The translations under genes were made by a program, and so were the position numbers. Source: a virus. From it: 44,730 bases of DNA. Location of the stretch: IMG/VR virus record IMGVR_UViG_3300021518_000002; one strand, 5' to 3'. Within the stretch, counting starts at the first letter, position 1, and each line of letters starts with the position of its first letter. Shown piece after piece: positions 25,503 to 34,888 of the stretch. The notes below the pieces were generated by a model. The model was given only the letters and a program-made list of their open reading frames with translations. It ran no database searches and was not told where the DNA came from.

Positions 25503-28256
25503 ATGGCTAGTATTAGAACCGCAATCGAATTAAATGATGCTATTTCAGCACCATTGCTTCATATTACAAATGCTTTGAATATGACGATTAGTGCCTTTGA
25601 ATCAATGCAGAATACAGCAAACAATGCATTTGACCCTTCTACGTTTAACGGTGCAAGGGAAAATATTAACCAGGCAACCATTGCAGTAAATCAATTAAAT
25701 GATGCATTGTCACAAGTGGTTACTCCTGATGTAGATATTCAAACTAATACATTACCACCACAAAATCCAGTAAATGTTCCAACAAATAATGCACCCTCCC
25801 AAGAACCAGTAAATGTTCCTGTTCAATGGCAATCTGACAATGTTCCTGTTTTTACGAATACAGGAATTGAACGATTTCAACAAGAAGTTCAATCAACTAA
25901 CAATATGTTGAACAATTTGAACAATACACAAGAACAAATTGCACAACAAGCAGCGAATACTGATATTTTCCCTGATAATATGACCAGTGATTTAACTGCA
26001 ATGACAGGAAGAATTCAAAACATTAGAACTGCGATTGAACGAATTGAAAGTAATCCATTAAATATGGGAACAGATATTGCAAACAGCGAACTGGAACAAT
26101 TAAGAAGGTCATTAGGTCAGGCTGAACAACAACAAAATGACCTGAACCAAGCGGTTCAAAGAATGGATGTAGATGAAGCAAACCAAGCTTATTTGAGGTT
26201 ATCACAAACAATTGGTGGTGCAGAACGACAAATAAGGGATAACGTAAATGAACAAGGTCAGTTCAATAATGCAATTCGGGATGGAACTTCTGCTGCAAGT
26301 AATCTTCACAATAAATTGATTGGAATAGCAGCAACATATTTATCATTCCAAGCAGTAGGGAATGTACTAAATATTTCTGACCAGTTAACACAAACTACTG
26401 CAAGACTTGATTTAATGAATGATGGACTTCAAACTACAAAAGATTTGCAGAATATGATTTTCCTTTCGGCACAACGGTCAAGGGCATCTTTTGCGGATAC
26501 TGCTACTATTGTTGCTAAATTAGGGATGAACGCAAAGGATGCATTTAGTTCAAACAAAGAAACTATTGCTTTTGCAGAAAATTTGAATAAATTGTTTAAC
26601 ATTGCAGGTGCATCACAAGAAGAAATGGCATCAGCAAGTTTACAGTTGACACAAGCATTGGGTTCAGGTGTTCTCCGTGGTGAAGAATTAAATGCGGTGT
26701 TTGAAGCTGCACCAAACGTCATTCAAACGATTGCAGATTACTTAGATGTTCCTATTGGTCAAATTAGAAAGATGGCAGAAGATGGACAATTAAGTGCCAA
26801 TATTGTTAAAAATGCCATGTTAAGTGCAACAGATGAAATCAATAAACAATTTGAAAGTATGCCCATGACATTCAGTCAAATATGGACTTCTATCAGTAAT
26901 AACGCTTTGATGGCATTTCAACCAGTTCTTGCAAGATTAAATGAAATTGCAAATAGTGATAGATTTAATACAATGGTTGCAGGTGTAACAAGTTCATTAG
27001 TGTTTCTTTCGGGTGTTGTCGTTGAAATATTTAACATGATTGCAGGGATTGGTGCTTTCATAGTAAACAACTGGTCTATCATTGAACCGATTATTCTTGG
27101 ACTTGCAACTGCACTTGGAATTTATACAGGTGCTTTAATTGTTTACAACACAGTTCAAGGTATCTCCAATGTGATCAGTGGAATAGCAGCATTTAGGTCA
27201 ACTGTTCAAGCTGCTGCATTGATGATGCAAACTGGGGCAACCTTTGCAGCAACAGCAGCACAACATGGTTTGAATGCAGCATTGTTGGCTTCACCTATCA
27301 CATGGATCATCATTGGTATCATTGCATTGATTACAGTATTTTATTTAGCCATTTCAGCAGTAAATAAATTTGCAGGTACAAGTATTAGTGCAACAGGAAT
27401 TGTTGCAGGAGTGTTTGCTGCACTCGGTGCTTATATCTTTAATATTATTGCTTACTTATGGAATTTATTTGCTTCCATAGCTGAATTCTTTGTCAATGTT
27501 TGGACAAATCCAGTTTATTCGGTAAAAAAATTGTTTGCAAACCTGACAACAAATGTCCTTGATATGGCAATTAGCATGTCCAGTGGATTTGATTCAGTAG
27601 CAACGAACATTGCAAATGCTTTTGTTTCAGGTGCAAATATGGCTATTGGTGCAATTAACTGGATTATTGACGCACTTAATAATATCCCTGGTGTTGATAT
27701 AGGTAAAATGGGATCAATGAAAGGTACAAGTTCTATTACTGGTACTTTGAACAACATTAAAAGCGGTATTAATAATTGGCTTGGTGATGAACCTGCAAAT
27801 TATTGGACTGCACCAAAAATGGAAATGAAACAAATTTCCACTGCTTGGGATGCAGGTTATTCTTGGGGTCAAGGTGTTGAAGATAAAATTTCTAACTTCA
27901 ATATTGGTGACTTATTTAATAGTAATATTCCTAATCCAAGTGATTATGCTAATTCAGGTATTAATCCAGGTGATTATACATCAGGTGCAGGTTCAGTTCC
28001 TTCTGACATTGCTGATACAGCCAAAAATACTGGTGCAATGAAAGATTCTATTGATATTTCATCAGAAGATTTAAAATACCTTCGTGATCTAGCAGAAGCA
28101 GAAGTGGTTAATAGATTCACTACTGCTGAAATCAAAGTGGAAATGACGAACCATAACAATATAAACAATGAAATGGATTTAGATGGTGTAGTTGATTACC
28201 TTGGTGAAGGTGTAAATGAAGCTATGGAAAAGGCAGCGGAAGGGGTGCATGATTAA
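25503..28256 (+). CDS. Tail tape measure protein
   Basis: 917 aa. [26 protein letters not shown] is a tape-measure domain signature, and the central part has hydrophobic helices. Position follows the chaperone pair. Confidence 0.9.
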   Translation: MASIRTAIELNDAISAPLLHITNALNMTISAFESMQNTANNAFDPSTFNGARENINQATIAVNQLNDALSQVVTPDVDIQTNTLPPQNPVNVPTNNAPSQEPVNVPVQWQSDNVPVFTNTGIERFQQEVQSTNNMLNNLNNTQEQIAQQAANTDIFPDNMTSDLTAMTGRIQNIRTAIERIESNPLNMGTDIANSELEQLRRSLGQAEQQQNDLNQAVQRMDVDEANQAYLRLSQTIGGAERQIRDNVNEQGQFNNAIRDGTSAASNLHNKLIGIAATYLSFQAVGNVLNISDQLTQTTARLDLMNDGLQTTKDLQNMIFLSAQRSRASFADTATIVAKLGMNAKDAFSSNKETIAFAENLNKLFNIAGASQEEMASASLQLTQALGSGVLRGEELNAVFEAAPNVIQTIADYLDVPIGQIRKMAEDGQLSANIVKNAMLSATDEINKQFESMPMTFSQIWTSISNNALMAFQPVLARLNEIANSDRFNTMVAGVTSSLVFLSGVVVEIFNMIAGIGAFIVNNWSIIEPIILGLATALGIYTGALIVYNTVQGISNVISGIAAFRSTVQAAALMMQTGATFAATAAQHGLNAALLASPITWIIIGIIALITVFYLAISAVNKFAGTSISATGIVAGVFAALGAYIFNIIAYLWNLFASIAEFFVNVWTNPVYSVKKLFANLTTNVLDMAISMSSGFDSVATNIANAFVSGANMAIGAINWIIDALNNIPGVDIGKMGSMKGTSSITGTLNNIKSGINNWLGDEPANYWTAPKMEMKQISTAWDAGYSWGQGVEDKISNFNIGDLFNSNIPNPSDYANSGINPGDYTSGAGSVPSDIADTAKNTGAMKDSIDISSEDLKYLRDLAEAEVVNRFTTAEIKVEMTNHNNINNEMDLDGVVDYLGEGVNEAMEKAAEGVHD

Positions 28257-28933
28257 TGGCATATTATTTTTATTTAGATAAATTGTTATTACCCATTGCA
28301 CCTTCTAAGCTTGACTTGAAAATCAATAATCAAAACAAATCACTTACTCTTATTAATGAAGGGGAAATCAATATATTAAAGAAAGCAAAGCTTACAGATG
28401 TTGACTTTGATGTTATGATTCCCCAAGTGACTTATCCCTTTGCTTTGTATAAAGATGGTTTTCAAAACGCTTCTTATTATCTTGATAAACTTGAATCTTT
28501 AAAGGTTAATAGAGAACCTTTTCAATTTATAGTAACTAGAACTCTACCAAATGGAAAAATGCTGTTTGATACCAATATGAAAGTTTCAATGGAAGATTAT
28601 AGGATTATTGAACAAGCAAAAGAAGGTTTCGATTTGGTAGTTTCCATCAGTTTGAAGCAATATCGGGATTACGGAACTAAAACTGCAAATATTACTTTTA
28701 CACAATCCAAACCAGTTGCAACGGTTCAAAAACCAAGACCTGCTACCACTTCACCTGCACCAAAACAAACAGCGAAAACTCATAAAGTTGTTAAAGGTGA
28801 TACTCTTTGGGCGATAGCAAAGAAATTTTATGGAAGTGGTAATCAGTATCCAAAAATTTTCAATGCTAATAAAGATAAAATCAAAAATCCAAATCTGATT
28901 TATCCTGGTCAAGTTCTGACCATTCCAGTTTAG
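28256..28933 (+). CDS. LysM-domain tail protein (XkdP-like)
   Basis: The C-terminal HKVVKGDTLWAIAKKFYG...IYPGQVLTIP is a LysM motif. Confidence 0.8.
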   Translation: MAYYFYLDKLLLPIAPSKLDLKINNQNKSLTLINEGEINILKKAKLTDVDFDVMIPQVTYPFALYKDGFQNASYYLDKLESLKVNREPFQFIVTRTLPNGKMLFDTNMKVSMEDYRIIEQAKEGFDLVVSISLKQYRDYGTKTANITFTQSKPVATVQKPRPATTSPAPKQTAKTHKVVKGDTLWAIAKKFYGSGNQYPKIFNANKDKIKNPNLIYPGQVLTIPV

Positions 28934-28945
28934 GAGGGTATTCAG

Positions 28946-29905
28946 ATGAATGTTGAACTATTAATTCAAAATGGTAATAAAGTTTATGTTCCAGTTGTTG
29001 AAGAAGGGATTACCTGGTCAACGGAAAGGGCAGGAACACCAGGACAGTTGACTTTTAGTGTTGTTAAAGATGAAATTATTAACTTCACAGAAGGAAATGC
29101 GGTCAGGATGAAAGTGGACAATAAAAATGTTTTTTATGGATTTGTATTCACCAAAAAGCGTGATAAAGATGGGGTTATTACTGTTACCGCTTATGATCAG
29201 TTACGATATTTAAAAAATAAAGATACCTATGTTTATACGAATAAAACAGCAGGTGAAGTTATTAAAATGATAGCTTCTGATTTCAATATGCGAACAGGAA
29301 CTTTGGAAAACACAGGTTATAAAATTGCATCAAGAGTTGAAGATAATGTGGCCTTATTCGACATGATCCAAAATGCATTGGATTTGACCCTTCAAAATAA
29401 AAAAGAAATGTATGTCATGTATGATGATTTTGGAAAGATTGCTTTAAAAAGTATTCAATCCATGAGGTTGAACCTTCTGATTGATGAAGAAACTGGTGAA
29501 AATTACAGTTACACTTCTAGTATTGATTCAGATACTTATAACAAAGTTAAATTGGTATTTGAAAATGAAAAATCAGGTAAAAGGGATGTTTATATTGCAC
29601 AGGATTCAAAGAACATGAACGAATGGGGTGTTCTTCAATACTTCGACACGTTGAAAGAAGGGGAGAACGGAAAAGTAAAAGCTGATGCATTACTTCAACT
29701 TTATAATAAGAAAACAAGGAATTTGACCATCCAAAATGCATTTGGTGATAGCAGGGTTAGAGCAGGTTCAATGGTTATTGTTCAGCTTAATTTAGGTGAT
29801 GTAAAATTAAATAATTTAATGCTTGTTGAAAAGTGCAAGCATAAATTTAATCTTAATGAACATTTGATGGACTTAACACTAAGAGGGGGTGAATTTGTTG
29901 CGTGA
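28946..29905 (+). CDS. Baseplate hub / late-control-D-like protein (XkdQ-like)
   Basis: 319 aa in the Xkd-type order P-Q-R-S-T-U. Confidence 0.6.
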   Translation: MNVELLIQNGNKVYVPVVEEGITWSTERAGTPGQLTFSVVKDEIINFTEGNAVRMKVDNKNVFYGFVFTKKRDKDGVITVTAYDQLRYLKNKDTYVYTNKTAGEVIKMIASDFNMRTGTLENTGYKIASRVEDNVALFDMIQNALDLTLQNKKEMYVMYDDFGKIALKSIQSMRLNLLIDEETGENYSYTSSIDSDTYNKVKLVFENEKSGKRDVYIAQDSKNMNEWGVLQYFDTLKEGENGKVKADALLQLYNKKTRNLTIQNAFGDSRVRAGSMVIVQLNLGDVKLNNLMLVEKCKHKFNLNEHLMDLTLRGGEFVA

Positions 29906-30284
29906 TTTTAACGATCTATTAAAGATAATCAAAAAGGCAGCAGTTGAAGCAGTCAATGCTTCCAAACCTACCACTATTGTTTACGGTAAAGTCATCAGCA
30001 TTTCACCTTTAAAAATAAATGTTGAACAAAAGATGACCTTAACTTCTGCACAATTAGTTCTAACAAGAAATGTGACAGATTATAAGGTTAATATGACTGT
30101 TGATCATGCTACTGGTTTCACAAGTGGTGGAAGCGGTGAAGCATCTTTTGCTTCACATAACCATGAGTATAAAGGGAAGAAAGAGTTTACTGTTCATAAT
30201 GCTTTGACGGTTGATGAAGAAGTGATCATGGTTCAAATACAAGGTGGTCAAAAGTATATTGTGATGGATAGGGTGGTCACATGA
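29895..30284 (+). CDS. Baseplate protein (XkdR-like, DUF2577-like)
   Basis: Assigned from position and size. The TTG at 29895 after AGGGGGTGA is preferred over the GTG at 29889 inside the RBS. Confidence 0.55.
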   Translation: MLRDFNDLLKIIKKAAVEAVNASKPTTIVYGKVISISPLKINVEQKMTLTSAQLVLTRNVTDYKVNMTVDHATGFTSGGSGEASFASHNHEYKGKKEFTVHNALTVDEEVIMVQIQGGQKYIVMDRVVT

Positions 30285-30685
30285 TACCTGGTACAAATGG
30301 TTTTTTGACAGAGGATTTTGAAATTGAAGAACAACCAAGTAAAACTTATCGAATGCATATTGAACAAAAGTTCATTAATGATTATTGTGATGAACAAAAA
30401 GCAATGGAACAAGCAGCATATAAAATTTTAAATACCGAAAGGTATCAATTTATCATATATTCTTGGAACTTTGGAATTGAAACACTTGATTTATATGGTG
30501 AACCAGTCACATATGTTTGTCCTGAATTACAAAGAAGAATTACAGAAGCATTAACCCAAGACACTAGGTTCTTGTCGGTTGATGCTTTTTCTTTTGATAT
30601 TAGTCAAAAGAAAAAGGTTCATGCAACGTTTGTTGCCCACACCATATTTGGTGATATTGAATTAGAAAAGGTGGTGAATATTTAA
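30281..30685 (+). CDS. Baseplate wedge protein (XkdS-like, gpW/gp25-like)
   Basis: PSKTYRM ... AYKILNTERYQFIIYSWNFG is typical of the DUF2634/XkdS family. Confidence 0.65.
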   Translation: MIPGTNGFLTEDFEIEEQPSKTYRMHIEQKFINDYCDEQKAMEQAAYKILNTERYQFIIYSWNFGIETLDLYGEPVTYVCPELQRRITEALTQDTRFLSVDAFSFDISQKKKVHATFVAHTIFGDIELEKVVNI

Positions 30686-31746
30686 TGTATGAACATATTA
30701 CTTTTGAATTTATCATGCAAAGAATGCTCGATAATGTATCAAATAGTTTCAATAAAAGGGAAGGTTCTATCATTTATGACGCACTCGCACCTGCTGCTAT
30801 TGAACTTCAATTAATGTATATCGAATTTGACATTATTCTACAAGAAACGTTTGGTGATACTGCTTCAAGAGAATATTTAATTAGAAGGGCAAAAGAAAGG
30901 GGTATTGAACCATATCCTGCAACTTATGCCATTCTGAAAGGTGAATTCACACCATCCAATATCAATATCCCAATAGGTTCAAGGTTTAGTTTGAATGATT
31001 TGAACTATCACGTTAAAGAAAAGATTTCTGACGGTGTTTACCAATTAGAATGTGAAATTATTGGTGTTCAAGGAAGTCAATACTTTGGTGACATGATACC
31101 GATTGAATATATTGACGGATTAGAAACTGCAAGGATAACGGAAACACTTATTCCTGGAGAAGATGAAGAAGATACTGAAAGCTTACGTTCAAGATATTTT
31201 TCTTCGTTCGAAACAAAGGCCTATGGTGGTAATAAAAAAGACTATATTGACAAAACAAATTCCATTGCAGGTGTCGGTTCAACGAAAGTAACACCAGTTT
31301 GGAATGGTGGTGGAACTGTCAAATTAACCATTTTAAATTCAGAGTTCGATAAAGCAAGTTCAATTTTAATTGAACAAGTTCAAACAGAAGTTGACCCAAC
31401 ACAAGATGGTCAAGGACTTGGAATTGCACCTATTGGTCACATAGTAACGGTTGATACAGCAGACGAAATAATAGTAAATGTCACATCTACTATTACTTTT
31501 GATGATGGTTATTCTTTTACTAATTTAAAACCACAAATTGAACTGGTTATTTCAGATTATCTCCTTGAATTAAGAAAAGATTGGAAAAATCAAACAAATA
31601 CGATTGTCAGAATCGCACAGATTGAAACCAAGATTTTAGGAATTCAAGGTGTTATTGATATTTCAAATACAAGAATTAACGGTTCAACTTCCAATTTGGT
31701 TCTGACTAATTATCAGATTCCTAAAATGGGGGGTGTTTCCTTATGA
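30685..31746 (+). CDS. Baseplate J-like protein (XkdT-like)
   Basis: 353 aa, with size and order typical of Baseplate_J, and TAATG coupling. Confidence 0.7.
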   Translation: MYEHITFEFIMQRMLDNVSNSFNKREGSIIYDALAPAAIELQLMYIEFDIILQETFGDTASREYLIRRAKERGIEPYPATYAILKGEFTPSNINIPIGSRFSLNDLNYHVKEKISDGVYQLECEIIGVQGSQYFGDMIPIEYIDGLETARITETLIPGEDEEDTESLRSRYFSSFETKAYGGNKKDYIDKTNSIAGVGSTKVTPVWNGGGTVKLTILNSEFDKASSILIEQVQTEVDPTQDGQGLGIAPIGHIVTVDTADEIIVNVTSTITFDDGYSFTNLKPQIELVISDYLLELRKDWKNQTNTIVRIAQIETKILGIQGVIDISNTRINGSTSNLVLTNYQIPKMGGVSL

Positions 31747-32444
31747 TTAGGGATATTAATTTAATAGAATACCTTCCATTGTTTATTCAAGATTATAGGG
31801 AAATCGGGCAAATAATGAATGCTGAAAACCCTGAATTTCAATTACTAGCTGACGAGAGTGAAAGATTAAAGAATAACCAATTCATTGAAACAAGTAACTT
31901 AAATGGTATTGCTAGATTTGAAAAACTATTAAAAATCATTCCTTCTGTTGATGACACTTTGGAATCAAGAATTTCAAGGGTTTTAACAAGATGGAATGAT
32001 GTTATTCCATACACATATAAAGCCTTCATTCAAAAAATGATGGTTTTATGTGATGGAATCAACTTCACAATTAACAATGATTTTAATGTCTACAAAATGG
32101 AGATCATCACACACCTTGAACTTTCAGGTCAAGTGGATGAACTTCAAAATTTACTTGGATATATTATTCCGTCAAACATTGAAATCACATCCAACAATGA
32201 AATTTATTGTGATAGCAGTACAAATTTATATGTTTTAGCAGGAATGGCAGCTTGTTCAATCGTTGAATTTTCTGATTCATATAAAGCTGATTTTAATATT
32301 CAAGGTAACTCAAATATTGGTGGTACTTATATTGGAACAGCACAAGTTACACTTTCTGATAACTATAATGAAACCGTCACAATCAATGGTACTGGTAAAA
32401 CTGGTTCAAATGCTTCTGTTGTAGAAATTTCAGGAATTAATTAA
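31743..32444 (+). CDS. Baseplate/tail-fibre-attachment protein (XkdU-like, gpI-like)
   Basis: YLPLFIQDY ... NGIARFEKLLKI ... SRISRVLTRW is typical of DUF2313 proteins. Confidence 0.65.
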   Translation: MIRDINLIEYLPLFIQDYREIGQIMNAENPEFQLLADESERLKNNQFIETSNLNGIARFEKLLKIIPSVDDTLESRISRVLTRWNDVIPYTYKAFIQKMMVLCDGINFTINNDFNVYKMEIITHLELSGQVDELQNLLGYIIPSNIEITSNNEIYCDSSTNLYVLAGMAACSIVEFSDSYKADFNIQGNSNIGGTYIGTAQVTLSDNYNETVTINGTGKTGSNASVVEISGIN

Positions 32445-32464
32445 AGAAGGGTAGGAATGAGAAT

Positions 32465-34534
32465 ATGGCTGAATTTAAACAGTTAATTATTACAGATAGA
32501 GGTCAAGCATTGATGGCGAAAATGCTTGCAGGTACAGGAAATGTTCTATTCACAAAGATCAGTGTTTCAGATACAACCTATACTGATGGACAACTTCCTG
32601 GTCTAACTTCATTATCAGGTGTCAAGCAAACTACATTAATCAGTAGAGTTATTAGAACAAATGATGTAGCTGTTCAAGTTGAAGGGGCGGTTACTAATAC
32701 TGATTTATCTACTGGTTACTATATGAGGGCAATCGGACTTTATGCCATTGACCCTGACCTTGGTGAAATTCTTTATGCGGTAACTATTGCAAGTCAAGCC
32801 GGATATATGCCACCTTATAATGGAATTACAACATCAGGTGCTTTCTTTAAGCTTGTCACAACTGTTTCAAATGCTTCAAGTGTTTCACTAAATGTTGACC
32901 CTGCTGCTGTTGCAACTATTGGTGATATTGCAGATTTACAGAATAAAATTTCAGACCTTCAAGCATTTGTTGGATATACAGACAGTGACATTGTTGGTGT
33001 GGAAGTAGATTTTAAAAATAAGAAGTTTACTAGATTAGCAGGTGCAGTAAATAGAATACCAGGTTCAGGGTTCGACAACATCAATGCATTCGGTGGAAGA
33101 AAAAGATGTATTTTAGCTGATGATGGTAAGGTTCTAGCGTATTATGGTGAAGCTGCATATACGGAAACTGGTGCTTTATTACAAGCAGTTACAAAGGGCG
33201 GTACTACTTATGCAGTTGGAACAAAAGTTCAAGTCATGGTTGAACAACCAAAATTCTATTACAAGGTAGTTCCATTACAACTTGATAAGGTTGAATATAA
33301 AGAAATCAATACGCTTGCAATTACAGCAGTTCCAACATCAGATGGAAATGTGACTATCAACCTTGATGGTAAAGATTTCACAGTTGCAGTTGCTACAAGT
33401 GATAACACAACATCTTTAGTAGCAACAAAAATCAGAGCAGCATCATTTACAGGATGGACAACTGGTGGATCAGGTTCATCAGTAACATTTACAGCTATTG
33501 ATTCAGGTGAAAAAGTAACTGCTACATTTAACGGTGGAACAACTGGTGTTACTGCAACAGTGACTAAAACTGTTTCGGGTAAAGTCGGTAAAGGATTCCA
33601 CATGAGAAAAGCAAGATATTATATTTCTGATGTGAAGAAGGTAGGATTTAAACTTCACCCTGCTTTTATTAGTAACGGTAAAGAAAAGAATTTCATTTAC
33701 CCATCAGCATTTGAAGGATCAGTCTTTGATAAATCAGCAGGTGTATATTTGTTAGCTGATGAACAGATAGTTGATTTTACTGCTTCAACTGGTGACTTAC
33801 TATCATCCATTGCAAATGCAAAACCAACATCAGGTGTGACACAAACAGGTGCAACAAGAAGTGGATTCAGAAAATTAGCAAACAATCGTGGTACAGGTTG
33901 GCAGCAGGCATATGCTGCAATAGTTGCTGCAACACAGTTATTGTTTACAATCGAATATGCTTCCATGAACACACAGTCCAAGATTGGAAACGGTGTTCAA
34001 AAGACTGATGATGCTACATCTAATATGGCTGAACTTACTGGTGCAACCACAAACCTTGGAAATTCATCAGGTGCAGTAACAAATACAAATGGATTTAATG
34101 TTGTCACTTATCGTGGGGAAGAAAACTTTTGGATGAACATTTGGAAGTTTGTTGATGGTCAGAATATTGAAGCTAAAAACATGAATAATCTTTATGTTGC
34201 TGATAATGCATTTGCCGATGACATAGGAACATCACCATATAAAGATGCAGGAATTACATTGTCAAGAAAAGATGGCTATATTTCAGCATTCGGTTACAAT
34301 GAAGAATTTGACTGGTTGTTCTTCCCTTCTGAAACAACAGGTGATAGTTCACTTCCAGTTGGTGATTACTTCTATCAGAATCACACATACAATGGATGGT
34401 TGATCGCTCGATTGGGCGGTAGTTGGACTTATTCTTCTTATGGTGGTGGTTTCTGTTGGAGTGTGACTTATGCTTCTTCTAGTCGTGGTCGGGATGTCGG
34501 CGGTCGCTTGGTGTATGTACCTGATGCAGCATAA
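32465..34534 (+). CDS. Tail fibre / receptor-binding protein, DGR target (variable C-terminus)
   Basis: The N-terminus MAEFKQLIITDRGQAL...LYAIDP is a phage tail-collar fibre domain. The C-terminal 41 codons form the VR (see the 34396-34517 repeat) and are Gly/Ser/Tyr/Trp-rich, as in C-type-lectin-fold DGR targets. Confidence 0.85.
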   Translation: MAEFKQLIITDRGQALMAKMLAGTGNVLFTKISVSDTTYTDGQLPGLTSLSGVKQTTLISRVIRTNDVAVQVEGAVTNTDLSTGYYMRAIGLYAIDPDLGEILYAVTIASQAGYMPPYNGITTSGAFFKLVTTVSNASSVSLNVDPAAVATIGDIADLQNKISDLQAFVGYTDSDIVGVEVDFKNKKFTRLAGAVNRIPGSGFDNINAFGGRKRCILADDGKVLAYYGEAAYTETGALLQAVTKGGTTYAVGTKVQVMVEQPKFYYKVVPLQLDKVEYKEINTLAITAVPTSDGNVTINLDGKDFTVAVATSDNTTSLVATKIRAASFTGWTTGGSGSSVTFTAIDSGEKVTATFNGGTTGVTATVTKTVSGKVGKGFHMRKARYYISDVKKVGFKLHPAFISNGKEKNFIYPSAFEGSVFDKSAGVYLLADEQIVDFTASTGDLLSSIANAKPTSGVTQTGATRSGFRKLANNRGTGWQQAYAAIVAATQLLFTIEYASMNTQSKIGNGVQKTDDATSNMAELTGATTNLGNSSGAVTNTNGFNVVTYRGEENFWMNIWKFVDGQNIEAKNMNNLYVADNAFADDIGTSPYKDAGITLSRKDGYISAFGYNEEFDWLFFPSETTGDSSLPVGDYFYQNHTYNGWLIARLGGSWTYSSYGGGFCWSVTYASSSRGRDVGGRLVYVPDAA
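34396..34517 (+). repeat. DGR variable repeat (VR)
   Basis: Gap-free 122-nt alignment to 34624-34745. All 28 differences fall at adenines of the downstream copy. Confidence 0.9.
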
Positions 34535-34623
34535 GACTGACATAGAATAAAAATATTGAAATAAATTTGGGCAATCAGGGTGTTGATACAACCAAGAAGT
34601 CAGACACAAAAGAAAAAGCCATT

Positions 34624-34745
34624 ATAGTTAATCACTCAATTAGGCAGTAATTGGAATAATTCTTCTAATAGTGGTAGTTTCTATTGGAATGTGAATAATA
34701 CTTCTTCTAATCGTAATCGGAATATCAGCAGTCACTTAGTAAATG
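34624..34745 (+). repeat. DGR template repeat (TR), non-coding
   Basis: 41 adenines and 11 AAT codons when read in the VR frame, with an in-frame TAG at 34625-34627. It lies 143 nt upstream of the RT gene. Confidence 0.9.
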
Positions 34746-34888
34746 CATAAAATTAATCTTAAAAATGTGAAACCTGATTGCCCTACCTCTTGGTAAAACA
34801 TAAAAAGAATTGAACTGTATTGGTAGACTTTGAACTTTCAAAGGTTGAAGATTCGGTTTGATAATGTGCATACAAAGGATAGTCATAA

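Noticed and set aside
33259-33603. Antisense ORFs inside large structural genes, also at 1000-1260, 6469-6834, 8572-8832, 19214-19819, 26429-26722, 27515-27757 and 33697-33981
   Set aside because: All are antisense to well-supported genes, lack RBSs and have compositionally odd translations. Such ORFs are typical by-products of AT-rich coding sequence.
34535-34623. Hairpin/cruciform immediately downstream of the VR, as required in the Bordetella DGR
   Set aside because: Only a 5-bp complement was found (CTGAC at 34537 / GTCAG at 34599), which is not convincing. A weaker or different structure may exist, but I cannot support it.
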